Shown here: positions 11,487 to 24,100 of the stretch, piece by piece
How the letters are laid out: each line of letters begins with the position of its first letter
Numbering within the stretch: the stretch's first letter is position 1
Assembly: GCF_011745625.1 (NCBI RefSeq)
Contig: NW_027191471.1
Location: forward strand, 248,001 to 312,000
Direction: 5' to 3'
Origin: Cladosporium halotolerans
Taxonomy: Eukaryota
DNA length: 64,000 nucleotides
Notes under the pieces: generated by a model
The model's database searches: none
The model's input: only the letters and a program-made list of their open reading frames with translations
Told to the model about the DNA's origin: nothing
Program-made: the position numbers and the translations under genes

Positions 11487-13382
11487 TGTAAAAATTTTGA
11501 GCGATACCGCTGGCACTGGAAGTGCGATACCTGTGAAGTGCCCGATCCGCCGCTGCTTGTCCGCGCTGCCTGTGGCTACCACAACCTGCACGCAAAAAGT
11601 AGAAAAATGTTTACTTTGAGGTCGGCAGATGCGCCTAGCTCCTTTCTCTTTTCCCGGAGAGGTCACCGGAGCCCTCCCCGATGTTGATGCTCGTCGTGTG
11701 TTCGCGGTTGTGCGTATGATGCGGTTTCGTGGTGAGGTGGGTGGTTGTGCGTGGAGCGCGCGACTTCGCTCGGGCTCGAAATTCGATGCGGCTCAGTGCG
11801 ACGCGAATCGCGCGGTGAAGGGAGATGTGGTTGCAACGACGCGCGCGAGATGGCGGCGGGAGAGAGTCTGGGCCTGGCTACGTCTGCAACGGCGATTGCT
11901 GTCAGCGAAAGCGGTGCAGGCGAAGCGGTGCTGGGCGGAAGAAGAATCGGTATGGACAAGGAGGACGCGGGGCGGAAGAATGCGTGTGGTGAGGGAGAGT
12001 GTTGGTGTCGCGGCGGCGAGCCGGCGAGGAAGCGTACCTGGGCAACAGATGCGGTCGTGCCTTCCCAACTTTACTGCCAACGTCTGGAAGCCCAAGGCAG
12101 GGTGTCCGAATGCGGCAGGAGGCCTCCGCGCGAATATACGGCGGGGAGCTGAGGTGGTGCTGGGCGGCGACGCTGCACGGAGACACGACGGCTGCCGACG
12201 GCGATATTCGACAGGTGCGTGGTGTGGTGGGTGGGCGGGCGAAGGTGAGGTATGCGCAGCGTCGTGGTGGTGTGTGCCCGCGATTAAACCACAGCCCGGC
12301 GTGCGGTGCCTGTGCGAGTTTTTTGAGACCGTGCTCCTCTCTGCCGCGGCGAAACAAGAGAAAGTCAGCCGTCACTCCGTCGCGCAGTGGGGCTTCTTCC
12401 CCGAGCGCGAGTGCGAATCTGCCCGATTTCCCGCGACCTGGCAACGGCCCCAGGTGTGCGTCGTTCGCAGTTAATTAATGCGCGCGAGCCGGCGCCGCCT
12501 GGTGATCATTCGCTACGGCGGGCGTGTGGGCAAGCCGTTTGATGAGCAAGCAGGCACAGCAAAGCCCAGCAAAGCCCAGCAGAGCCCGTCACAGCACGCA
12601 TTTGAAGCGGAGCTTAGGCGGAAGCCCAGCCCTGCTACCGGATGGTTTCTCGCTGCTCGTCCCACCTCTCTACTGCTGCATGTCGACGGAAAAGGCTCGA
12701 TCCGCCCGCCGTCCAAAAATTCAGTCGGCTTAGCTGAAAGACCAAGGCGAGGTCCACGGCGAGCTCCAGCAGTGGAGGATCCGGCCGGCCAAGCTTGTGC
12801 GAGCCACCCGCTCCTCACTGCCTTCCATTCGACCCGAGGTGCGCTTCTCTGCGGGCACTCGCCAAGCGCTGTGTGTACGTAGGTGGAGGGTACAGATGAG
12901 TGCATTCAATAATTATCCACCTTTCACCCGGTCACGTCCCGTCGCGCTTCAAGAATTCACGAGACCCACGTGAGCACGCGACATCATCCTGCATGAACTC
13001 TGTCGTGGGCAGCGCAAGCACTACCGATGCGAGAATGAACTATGGATGACTGTGAAGAAAGGCCATCAATGCCCGTTTGAAATACTCTTCTATCATGCAT
13101 TTCTGATCTCTCTTTCTCTCTCTCAACGCTCGATCGGAACCCTGTCAGCCCTATCGGCCATGCGGATGGACGTTCCCTCTCTACCCGGGCCGGAATGGCA
13201 ACGGAATTGCGCACGTGCTGAGTTGCATACTCGTCTAAATCCGTTGCTTTGAATCCGTTCCTAACCCTTCCGAGTATGCCAGGATGATTCGTTGCGACCA
13301 ATCCAACAATGCTAGTCTACAAAGTCGGTTGCTGCCCTTCAAAATCGAGCAGCGCCGCTGTCCAGCCAGGTTGCGGCTTCAC

Positions 13383-15171
13383 TCACACCCACAAGTAGCC
13401 ACGGCATTTCTGCGCACCGCAATTGCAAGGCCGCTTGTCTGCATTATTCGGATCTTTCACAGCTTCCTGCCGCTTCCGGAGCACGTCCTCTTCCTCCTCC
13501 TCGTCTTTGTCCATGTAGTCAAATGTCAGTTCCGTGCCAGCCGGAATGTCCGTGTAGGCAAAGAATGCCAAGTTATAGACCCATGTGTCGTACTTGTTCT
13601 CACTCACGGTGTATTGGCGACAATTCGGCTCGCATGAGTGGTTGATGAATCGCGTGGCATTGCCCATATACTGGCCGTCGACGACATAGTATGTGTCTTC
13701 TGTGGGCGCTGAGTCGTCGCCCACGAACTTGTCCAAGCTGTACAGGTAGCTTCCCTTATCGACGTCGGCTTTCGCCTCGCGTCGTGAAGTTTCTTCGTTC
13801 GTAAGAACTTCGCCCAGGTAGACGTCGATGAATTCTCCGGTGACCAAGTCCTCGTTGCAATACACTCCCCAACCGCGGTTCGCCGTCTTGAAGATCGTGA
13901 GATCAACATGCCGACCTTTCTGCACGACCCGAGTCTTGCACACCTTGCCGCAATTGCAATTGATGTTACACTCGTAGATAGGGTGCCGTTGCTCGCGATA
14001 GAACGACTGCAGCACAGGCGGGCGGCCCCCGCTCGGCATCAAGTAGGGAAATCGTTTTGGCAGTCCAGTGAGATCAACCATGTCCCCGGAGTCTTTTTCC
14101 TCGAGGTACTGTGCGTATCGCAGTGGGTCCTTCATCAGCTGGGTCTCGTCCACTGCAGCGTACTCAAGGCAGTCGCAGAGCCTCGTATACTCGCAACCGC
14201 AATAGTGTGCCATGTTGGGCTTGCAGGGTTCATCGCAGCCGACGTAAGTCTCTGGATCCGAAGCGCTCACGCCTTCTCGAAGCACGAATTTGTCGATGAA
14301 GTCGAAGTCCAGTGAGGGTGTGGTCGTGTCGACTTCATTTCGTAGGAATACACCCTTCACATGCCGGAGCTTCTCCATGAAAGCGTTGCGAATTGCCCGC
14401 TCTGCCGCGATAATCGGCCCAGGTGTTGCGGCAGCATGATCCAGCATTTCTCGGGTTGGCAGAGTTGCCGTGTTAATCGTCACGACATTTGCAGTTTTAG
14501 ACTGTTGATGTTAGCAATTTTCAATTTCCTGGGCGAAGAAACGAAATCACTCACCTTCTTCGCATACACCCTGCCCTCCTTCTTCTGCAAGATGCCATTG
14601 TAGACGGTGACGCTCCGCCAGTCTTGCTCATCTGCATCGGATGTGACAACATCGTTACTCGACAGTGAAGACGAACGGCTGACGCCGAGGTGTGACGGGA
14701 GTGGTGTGAGCAATCCTGTGTTTGAAGAGAGAAGGCCAGCAGTTGACGCGTTGTCACGTGACAGGCCAGCTGATCCAGACGCCTTGCGTTTTAAAGGCCT
14801 TGCTTCAGCCGTGAGAAATTCATTACGCGTGATCGTGGATCCAGGCGCGGGCAAACCCTCGGTATAGGCTTGCACAAAGTGAAGAGCTGATATGAGCTCC
14901 TCCAAAGGGTGCCATGAGGCGATCGTGCGAGGTGGGACTAACGGCTCCTTATTCGTAGTCCAGCGCACTAGAAATTGAGCTTTCTATCCTAGACTGTTAG
15001 CAAAGGATATGCAAAAGCCTGGATACAACTAACGTTGTCTACTTCTCGATGGCAGATTATCTTCGAGATATTCTGAGCCGGTACCCTATGGGTGGCCCGT
15101 GCACGCGTTCTCTCGGGCGGTAAGGGGTGGTTTCCAGTGGAGTTTGCTTTCGAGACGCGATGAGTAGACAT
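13383..15171 (-). CDS. clr4: Histone H3K9 methyltransferase (Clr4/DIM-5/KMT1); exons 15171-15034, 14983-14555, 14501-13383 (~561 aa)
   Basis: Cys-rich pre-SET (IYECNINCNC...C), SET motifs RGWGV, RFINHSCEPN, ELTFDY, post-SET CNCGAQKCRGYLW. Introns 14984-15033 and 14502-14554 have GT/CTAAC/AG signals and keep the frame. Confidence 0.92.
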
Positions 15172-15650
15172 CGCGCGAGGCCCGTATAGGGCATACGTAG
15201 AGACGCTACGGATTATCGAGAATTTCGGTAGCGTGTATAGAGGCGCTCGAGGTAGTTGGTAACAGAGAGCTTAGAGCGCGTCGGTAGTGAAGAAGTCCCT
15301 ATAGAGCGCTAAGCCTAATCTTGCTCAACTTGGCTAACATATATATGACACGTGATGCGTCTTAATAAGGTCTTGTGATCAACCTTCAAAACCTGCTTCC
15401 ACTAGATACTAGTAAGACTTACTATTTCTCGAAGCATCAGGCTATAAATGTTCGAAGGCAGGCCTATTGACTGCGTATAGTTTGTTCGATGTCTTCTGTC
15501 GTGGTCAAGGGCCTTATGATGGTCCGAGCGTTCGACGTCGGCTTTTAGATTAAGCTTATCGCTCTAAACGCCGCCTAAATTTTTGGACCAGCAACGTCAA
15601 GACCTGCGAAGACTGTATTCTCCGATCGCAAAGCACAACGAACCACTGGT

Positions 15651-16443
15651 ATGGCATCCGAAGCACAGCAGGGCTCAAGCCCATTCATCAAACAGCTCGC
15701 GTCGAGCAGTAAGTCCCCGCAGGTCATGCGCCCAGCGCTGTAAGTGTCTGACACCTTTGGTAGATCGAACGACTCGCGACCGCGCCCTCTCTGCCCTCCG
15801 GACATACCTCAAGCGCAATGCGCCTCTCTCAGAATCCGAATGCCTCAAGCTATGGAAGGGTCTATACTATACGATGTGGATGTCCGACAAGCCGCGCAAT
15901 CAGCAGCAACTAGCCCGAGACCTCGCTGCGCTGCTCCATGTTCTTGCGACACGAGAAAACTTCCTCACTTTCTTGGATGGCTTCTGGAAGACGATGTCGC
16001 GTGAATGGAGTGGTATTGATGCGCTACGGATGGACAAATTTCTGTACCTTGTGCGCTGCTACGTCCAGGAGGGCTTTCAGTACGTGAGACGGGCGGGTTG
16101 GGATGCGGAGCTTGTGGAGGCATACACGGGCATCATGGGCGCGACACCCTTTGAGGCACGGGACGTCAGAATTCCGAACGGGCTGAGATACCACGTGATT
16201 GATCTGTACGTGGATGAGCTGGACAAGGCGGACGAGGACAGTTCTGCGCCTGTGGAAAGCTTGATTGCGCCAATGAAGAAGATTGGCAAGGAGAGTCCGA
16301 ACAAGACCACCAGAAAGCGCGCGACCGAGGCGCTTGACGATGCGAGACTGGATAACTGGAAGCAAAGGAGGGAGATTGCCGATCAAAGCGAAGGGGAGGA
16401 CGAGGAGGAAGAAGATGGCGAATTTGGCGGCTTTGACGATTGA
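15651..16443 (+). CDS. RRP1: Rrp1/Nop52 rRNA processing protein; exons 15651-15708, 15764-16443
   Basis: Splicing intron 15709-15763 gives SPFIKQLASSNRTTRDRAL. Also KLWKGLYYTMWMSDKP, REWSGIDALRMDKF and an acidic tail. Confidence 0.92.
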
Positions 16444-16972
16444 TTCGTTCGTCGGGAGAATTTTCTTACTACCCTACGTCTCTTATTTCTGGACCGCTCC
16501 CCCAACCACTTCGGCATCTCAAAGCACCTCTCATATAGTGCTTGCGTCGCCAAATTGCCAATTTGTGCCGCGGGCCTGACTCCAGCGCCAGAGCATCGTC
16601 AAGAAGCTCAAGTTCTTCCTCGGACGGGAGGGCTAGCTGCAGACACACGGCAGTGTCGTCTTGCATTATCCGCCCTTCGTCGTACCCATGGCTTTCGAGC
16701 TGCCCGTCCGAATCAGTACGAACGAGGAGGATAAGGTACATGTACGCAGAATATGCATGCAGAATGTGCCAGGAATATCAGAATAGTAATACCGCCATTG
16801 CCACAATGTCCAACTGCATAGCCATGTACTCTCCTTCAGTCATCGTTTTCGCGTCTTAAAGCGTCTTCGGGGTATCATTTCTTGAAGCAATCACTTGAGG
16901 TCTTCAAACAGCCATCCTCGAGCAATGTCTACCGCCTCACTTCCGCCACCTACTCCTCTCGTGAGATCAGCT

Positions 16973-17522
16973 TCAATTCCATTGCCTGGCTTGCGCGCCT
17001 GCATCCGCATCTCTCGCGGCAACGTTGTCGCGCGCGTTCTGCTTGAGCGTATCGGATTGTGTCTGGGAGCGTTGCGCATCGAGCTGCTTGCCAAGCTTGC
17101 CCTTGGCAGCACCACCTTGCGATGCCTTGGCGCGTTCCTGGAAGAGAGAGCATTGTCAGCTCTTCATTTGTACCTATGATCGTGACCCAGAGTGTATTGG
17201 TCGTGGTCTTTATGTTGTCGCTTGTTGTAGCCCGTGCGCCTCAGATCCAGGCTGTCGCAACCATCTTCCTAGGCTCCAGCCTGCTCTTCTTGGGCTCCAT
17301 AGAGTGTCGGTATGTACGCACCTCGGCGGCTTTCGCGGCGGCTTCTCTTGGTGAAGACTCGTTGGGTGCTTGCGAGCTCGACCCTAACGTCCGGCCTCCC
17401 GAAGGCGCCGATGTCTTGTTGCTTGTGCCAGTTTGCTTGGGCCGAGCCGCTGGTGTTGAGCCGACTGTGCGACCCTCACCGCTGAAGTTCTTGTCTGACG
17501 GTTTGCCGCAGCAATTGCCCAT
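16973..17522 (-). CDS. Small (121 aa) predicted N-myristoylated/palmitoylated protein, SVIP-like; exons 17522-17322, 17137-16973
   Basis: MGNCCG N-terminus and two GRT(V/L)G motifs. Intron 17138-17321 (GTGCGT...GCTGAC...CAG) joins REAAAKAAE to ERAKASQGG...ARQWN*. Confidence 0.8.
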
Positions 17523-17823
17523 GACTGACTGACGTGTGATCCTTAGAGATATTGGATATGTCGAGAACAAAAAGTATGTAACGTAAGTCAGGCAGGGTCC
17601 TTGAGCCCAAGTGGTGGTGAGTGACGTCGAAAGCCTCTCCACATGATCGGCGGCGCAAGCTGCAGCTCGTGCCTGTGCCTCGGTGAAAGGCTGGCCGAAT
17701 GAAGCTTAGGCCCGCTGACGGGCACCAACAAACGGACTTTCTGAATGTAAACACATCCTCACTTTGCCAAATTTTCTGCTCTGCATCAGCATTTTTCGCG
17801 CGGTACAGTTGTACCTCAGCGCA

Positions 17824-20205
17824 ATGGTGAAAAAGAAAAAGGAGGCTGCCGCGCCACACGCAGCCTCCGGCCTCGTAATATGCAGGAACAAGTAAGCATG
17901 TGCCGTGTTTTTCTTTACATGGTTCATACCTCCTCTCTCCTCTCCCTCTCCTTTCTCTTTTGCAGTTACAAACAAATCTAACAATGCGAAAGACACTGGC
18001 GGTACATCGCCGCCTTCACTGGCCCATGGGTGCGGTTCTCGCCCGAGATCTTAGCCTCGCTCGCTCATCAGAACTACACCATGCCCGCGCCGCGATTGAT
18101 CGATCCCGCAGTGTTTTATGACGTAGTCAAGATCCGCAGAGCCGTTGACGAAGCTTCCATGGACTCAGTGCGCGCAAACAATGGTGTCGCACACCCAGAC
18201 GGACGTGGGGATATCTTGTTGAGCAAGGAGCGCGTAGGCAAAGTTCGCCAGAAAGCCGTGCATTCGCTTGCGAAGGCATTTGAGCTGGATGAAGTAGCAG
18301 CAAGCGTGGCAACGATGCAAGCTACGAGCACAATGGAGGACGTCGCAAGCCACGTTCTGAAGCGGGATGCGCATAATTTGGGTGCGTAGCTGCCGCACAA
18401 CGTCGAGTAGAGAGGAGCCACACTCTCTTTCGGCGCAGAACGCAGGGTTTGGGTTGAACGACGTTACTAACTGGCTCATAGACGCCAAGTATGTCCACTT
18501 CTTCCTCGAGAAGGTTCCCTCGCGCGCGATGGCACACTTCACCCCATTGGACCCGTTGAACGAAATTCTGTCTGCTTTGCCAGTCGAGCTGCAAGCACCG
18601 CCTCTAAGGACTAGAGCGTTGGCTCGTACATTCAAGCGACAGTGGGAGGGCGCGGTGCTGGATCTGACGCAGGCTTTGGGGATTGTCGAGGATACGAAGA
18701 GGTCGCACAAGCCGGATCAGCAGCAGCTCGAACTTGCGAGCAAGATGCGAGAGGAGCGGGAAGCCTGGAACACGGGATCTAAGGATTGGAGGTCGGTGCC
18801 GCAGCTGAAAGATGAGGAACAGCCAAGCAGTCTGGAAGCGCAGCTTTTGTTCGACAGGGCGGAAGCGTACCTGGCGCTTGCGTGCCAGAGCGTGCCCGCG
18901 GCTTTGGAAGGGCTGAAAGAATACCAGGCTTTCCAAGGAGACGACGAAGTCGATGATGCGCACCATGCGCAGGCGCAGGCTGTCAGGCTGGAGGCCAGGA
19001 AGAAAGTCAAGGCATACGCCAGACGGGCTTTAAAGGACTATTTGGCATTCCTGTCGAACTTCGATTACACGCCAGGCTTGTCCATTGATATCACGAACGA
19101 GATCATGCGCCGCATATACGACCTTGCAAACGGCAACAAGACGCAGACCCCTCTCCCGAAGGATAGATTTGTCGAAGTGAATAGCAGCGCAGACGAATTA
19201 AGCCAGAGCGGTAGAGCCAGTGGCAATGATAGGAACAATTCTGCACTGGTAAAACACCAACACCCCAAACAGGACCCCCCTGAGCTTGGCGAAAATGGCT
19301 CGCCGAAGTTTTCAGCCCCAAAAATATATCCCTCAAACGCCCTTTTCGCCGAGAAACCTCTTCCAGACCTACCTCGCTTCCCTGCAAGAGATACCACTAC
19401 TGGAGAGAAATCTGACCACGAAGCTCTCGGCTTCTACGAAGCCGTCACTTATCATCCGCTTCTCAATGAAGCCCTACACTCCCTCCTCCTCGCCCACGCT
19501 TTGTTGCAAACCAGCCCGACTGAACATCTTCGACACGCCCACAACGTTGCCCGTCTCGCTCGCATCGCGGATGGCTACCCTATCTTTCAGCCCGCCCGCA
19601 GTCCCGCCCGCTCCGACTGGACCGAGATTCTCCGTCGCGCGAACAATTGGATCGGCCTTGGGACGCCCTGGCAAGAGCTCTGCACACCAGAGCCTTTGCC
19701 AGAGACTGCGGGTGGCTGGGTAGAGAGACCATCTTCGACCTGGTCTTCGAACGAGCTTTTCCCGTCAGCTGCTCGTTCTTCAGCGCCGGACGTCAATGAG
19801 ACATCGAAGCAGAAGCGTGAACGCATCAAGCAGGAGAGCATTGCTGACGCTTTGTCCGACGACCGGGTCGTGGATGACGAGAGTTACTATCGTGCCGTGC
19901 GCGCGCGCGAGCGCCGCGCATTCGAAGACGAGGAAGGTCTCTCCGGGCCTTTGAAGGACAAGACAGACTGTGATGGACGCCAGGCGCGCAATGACATTGT
20001 TGACGACTATCTCATTAGCACTGAGAGGGCTGAGGCGATTGCGCGCTGGATTAGAGAAGCACCGCTGTCGGTTGGGGACAAGAAGAAGAGACCCGCTAGG
20101 AAGAAGAGGCCGGCTGGAAATGGTGCTGACGAAGTTGCCGATCGGGTCCAAGGACTCACTATCAATGAGCGGATGGGTGGTGGAAATGCTCAGTTGAAAG
20201 CGTGA
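17824..20205 (+). CDS. Conserved fungal protein of unknown function (helical/TPR-like); exons 17824-17891, 17993-18381, 18482-20205
   Basis: Introns 17892-17992 and 18382-18481 give a continuous frame: LVICRNKHWRYIAAFTGPW...IDPAVFYD...DEVAASVATMQ...YVHFFLEKVPSR...DGYPIFQPARSPARSDW. Confidence 0.82.
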
Positions 20206-21129
20206 GCGTGCACATGTGGCTCGTTGAATACTGGCCACTAATGATACCAACATAGAACGGAATGCAAAACTTGGACATGCACATGCATAGTCCGCCTCAA
20301 TTGGGGAACAATTTCTGATTGGTGATATGTCTTAAACTTGATATTGATTCATTCTATCGTGGGGTATCATGATGTCCATCTGTCCTTCCAACGCCGCCCG
20401 GGGTCACCACAAAGAGCTGGACTCAAAAGAAAAACAGGCCGTAGCACCGCTAAACGATTGTATCAGAGTTTCATGCGCCTAGACGTGCCTCGTCTCGCTC
20501 CTGACGGGCACGTAGCTCTTTGATCACAGCCTACAATACACGTCAGTCCATCTCTGAAACCTCGAATGCCTGATCGACTGTTTCCTTACCGCGAGTGCTT
20601 CAGGATTCACGCCATTTTCGATCAGGGACACGCAATAGCTGAGAGATTGCCGGTCGAGATCAGTATTCTGATAGAAATGTCAGGAAGTACGCGTCGTATC
20701 ATTGAGGGGTTTGCTTGGTACTAGGAGCGTGGAGATCTCGTGCAGAATGTCGATTGTCTCGCGCGCAGCGCGTTTCTTCGCTTCGGGATCGTTCATAGGA
20801 GGCATTGTCAAGACGGTCTTTGGTTTCGAAGTTTATGGCTTGTCTTAATCTACAATAAAAGTATGCGCACGTGTTGGGGTGAAGTCGCGCGGTGTAGTGC
20901 TTGTTAGCTTTGTGTGGGGTGGTCAACTGTAAGGAGCTACCGGCGGACCTTCACACCTCGCTCCTGGACGCTGGTTGGACTCGGCCCTTATGTTCAATCC
21001 ATCCTGAATAATTATTGGGAAAGATTCTTGCTCGCAGGCGAGCAGCTGTATTACCATTTCTGATCATGCGTGGATAAGTTGATCTAGCTTTGAATCGCCA
21101 CGAACCATCTTCTGCGGAAAGCTCCTGAG

Positions 21130-24100
21130 ATGGACGACTTGCCAACCGACTACACGGAACACAATCTTCCGCTCGTCCTTCTTTCTGGACTCGGTGATGA
21201 AGACGTCGTGGGGGGCGATGGCGGTGGTCTCCCTCGTCAGGGAAGTGGTACGAAGCTGGTGATTCAGACGCCGGAATGCGAGGGAGAAAGGGCGCGCCAC
21301 CTTCTGCAGCAATTCGTCAATCGTGATGGAAGCCTTCTGGCTTGGAACTCCAATGCTTTGCCCGGACCCACTGGCACTTTAAGATTCCGCATGCAGGCAA
21401 TCGGTAGGGTAAGTATGCTTTTCGTCAGTCCACGCATCGCCAAGGCAAAAGCTCACGCCCCGACAGGATTACACCTTGCCTCCCCGGAAGGCCGCGCCTC
21501 TGGCACAGTCCCCGTCGACAGAAAAGCCTATCAATCGATCAAGGAGCCCTTCAAAGAGTGCTGAGTTGCACTCGCCTCTCTCACCACTCTCTCCTGGTTC
21601 TCCAATCTTCCCGGATGGCGTCTTCACGCCCTTATGGCTCGCCAAACACCAACGCCAAATTCCAGCTGTGTTCGTGGCTTTCTTTGATATCAAAGCAGAC
21701 GACAAGCCTGCTAGCGATGACCAAATAAAGACCGACATCAATGCGGTGCGGGCGGCAATAAGCCGCTCTGGGTTCAAGACTCGCTTCGCTGCTGTGCTCC
21801 TTAGTGACAAGAGCATCCTGCATGCTGCCGACCTCGAAGATCGCTTGGCCAGCATCCGGCGCGTCACCAACTTGGATTCGAAGACTTCGTTATTCTTCAT
21901 GCCGCCGGTTTCTTCTCAATCAGAAATGGGCGCCTTTGTCCAGGGTGTGCTTTCCGCCCTACAACCATCTGTCATCGAGTACTATAGGGATCTTACCAAG
22001 CACGCTCGTCGGAAGAAAACGCGAGGCTCAATACCCTTGACAGCAACGGCGCCTGCCTCTCAATCCTTGTCTAACGTTGGTTGGAATGTCCGATACGAGA
22101 TGAAGCAGGGTGTCTTTGCAGAATTCCGCCAGGAAATGGATGTTGCAGAGCGGCACTATTCGCAGGCAATCGAAGACCTGTTCAATCCGGAAGGTATCTT
22201 TGAGACGACTCCTAGCTGGTCTCCGCGATGGGATGAGGCACGACTACTCTGTGACGCCCTTGCGTTACGCGTTATTAGATGTCAGCTCTGGAACAATCTG
22301 ACTACCGGCGCGGCCCAATCTTGGTCCAACTACAGGTTGCGCATGAAGGATCTCGTTGATCGTCGTGGTAAGGGTTCTCAAACATATGGTTGGGAAGCCT
22401 GGGAGTCTCGATGGGCAAAGGTGATGGCTGAGCTCACCCGTCGAGCTGACCTGCCTGCTCTTCGCAACCAGACAAAACAGTCGCTCGATGATATCAGTGA
22501 ATCAGCAGGGCTTGGAACATTTGCTGCTCCCGAGAAAAGCCTCTCGACAACCGAAAGGTTGCCTCCGTTTACCTTGCTCCATCACGCCGGATACTGGCTT
22601 CGACTGGCCATCAATGGGACAAGATCACGATGGCAACGAGCCTTGACGATTCCTGCAGAAGATCGCTCTTCGCCAGACGGGTCCCCCGCTTCTGCTGTAG
22701 CAAAGAGATCACGCGCCTACGACACTTACCTGGTGCCACCTCCACACAAAGAGTTCCCCTTACCAGAGAAGCAAGGCATAGACCACGTTACCATCATCAC
22801 TGAGTTGTCAGAACACGCCATCCGCGAGTTCAGTGGCAAAGGTCAGAATCGCATGAGCGAGCAAACCAAGCTTGACGCAGGACGCGACCTAGTCAATGCT
22901 GGCCGTTTTGGAGAAGCCATGACATACCTGCTGCCGCTATGGGAGAATTGTTCTTGGCGCAGTGATGACTGGCATTCATTATATGGCGAGCTCCTGTCTG
23001 AACTTCATCGCTGTGCCAGACACACTGGAAACGCGGGACTCGTTCTCAAAGTGACGTGGGAGCTTTTGGGTGCCGGTCCCGCGTCGCAGCAGAACGAAAA
23101 TCTCGACATCATTCGATGCATCGATGATATGTCCGATGGCACAGCTGCCTTGTCCGTGCAGTGCAAAGATCGAGAGATTTTGAGCCCGATCACAGCCAGC
23201 TTTGCATTTACGAATAAACAAGGCTTTGTCGGCGAGCCTTTAGGTTGTCAGCTCACTTTAATATCAAAAGCACATCAGGATACTGGATCACTCGCCTTGA
23301 GTAAAGTCGAACTCGTCATCGACACTGTCAAGAGGATTGTAATCTTTCACGACGGCGAGAAGTCTCCTGATCAAGTCAATCGTCTTCGTCTCGAAAACGC
23401 AGGTGACGTGTTCAAGACAGCCACCAATCTTGCTTTAATGCCACATGAGCGCCGGGTCTTCAATCTCGCGTTGACATTGAGGGAGGCACAAGCTGTCAGA
23501 CTACAAGAGGCCGTCCTTGTCCTGACCACAGACAAGTTCGATCTACGTCACAGCTTTGCAAGCGAGTCGCTCCTTCAGACACCGATTTGGCAATTTGAAT
23601 ATGATGGGGAGCTTGTTCCGTCAAGCCTCAATCGTGATGAATCGACGACGGTGGAGGTGCTACCCAAGCCTCCCAAGATCCAGGTCCTCCTGCATGGCCT
23701 CCACCAGCAACACTATGTCGGTGAGCAAGTGAGATTGCAAGTGGAGTTGGTCAATGGTGAGGCAGACAGAGCCAATGGCACAATCCGGCAACGCGTCGTC
23801 GCCCAAGACGACATCGTTTTGCCGTCAAAATGGATGCGGGCCGGCAACATCGAAAATGACGACCAGCTCGTTGCAGCGGATGATGCTGTGGAACAGAAAG
23901 TTGAAAAATTTCAACCCTCTCAAGTTATGAAACTTGACTTGATCGTCGATGCGCCCACTGAGCCCATCGCGCACACTTTGACATTCGATGTCGACTATAC
24001 CCTGGCTTCAGAGCCAAGCACACCTCTCAGGAAGACCCTCGTGGTTGAGCTTGCCTACGCCACTCTGTTTGAAGCGAAGTTCAACTTCGGCCCATTGGTT

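Noticed and set aside
11487..11666. 60-aa N-terminal extension of the La protein in the ORF track
   Set aside because: Non-ATG start that overlaps a probable 5'UTR intron acceptor.
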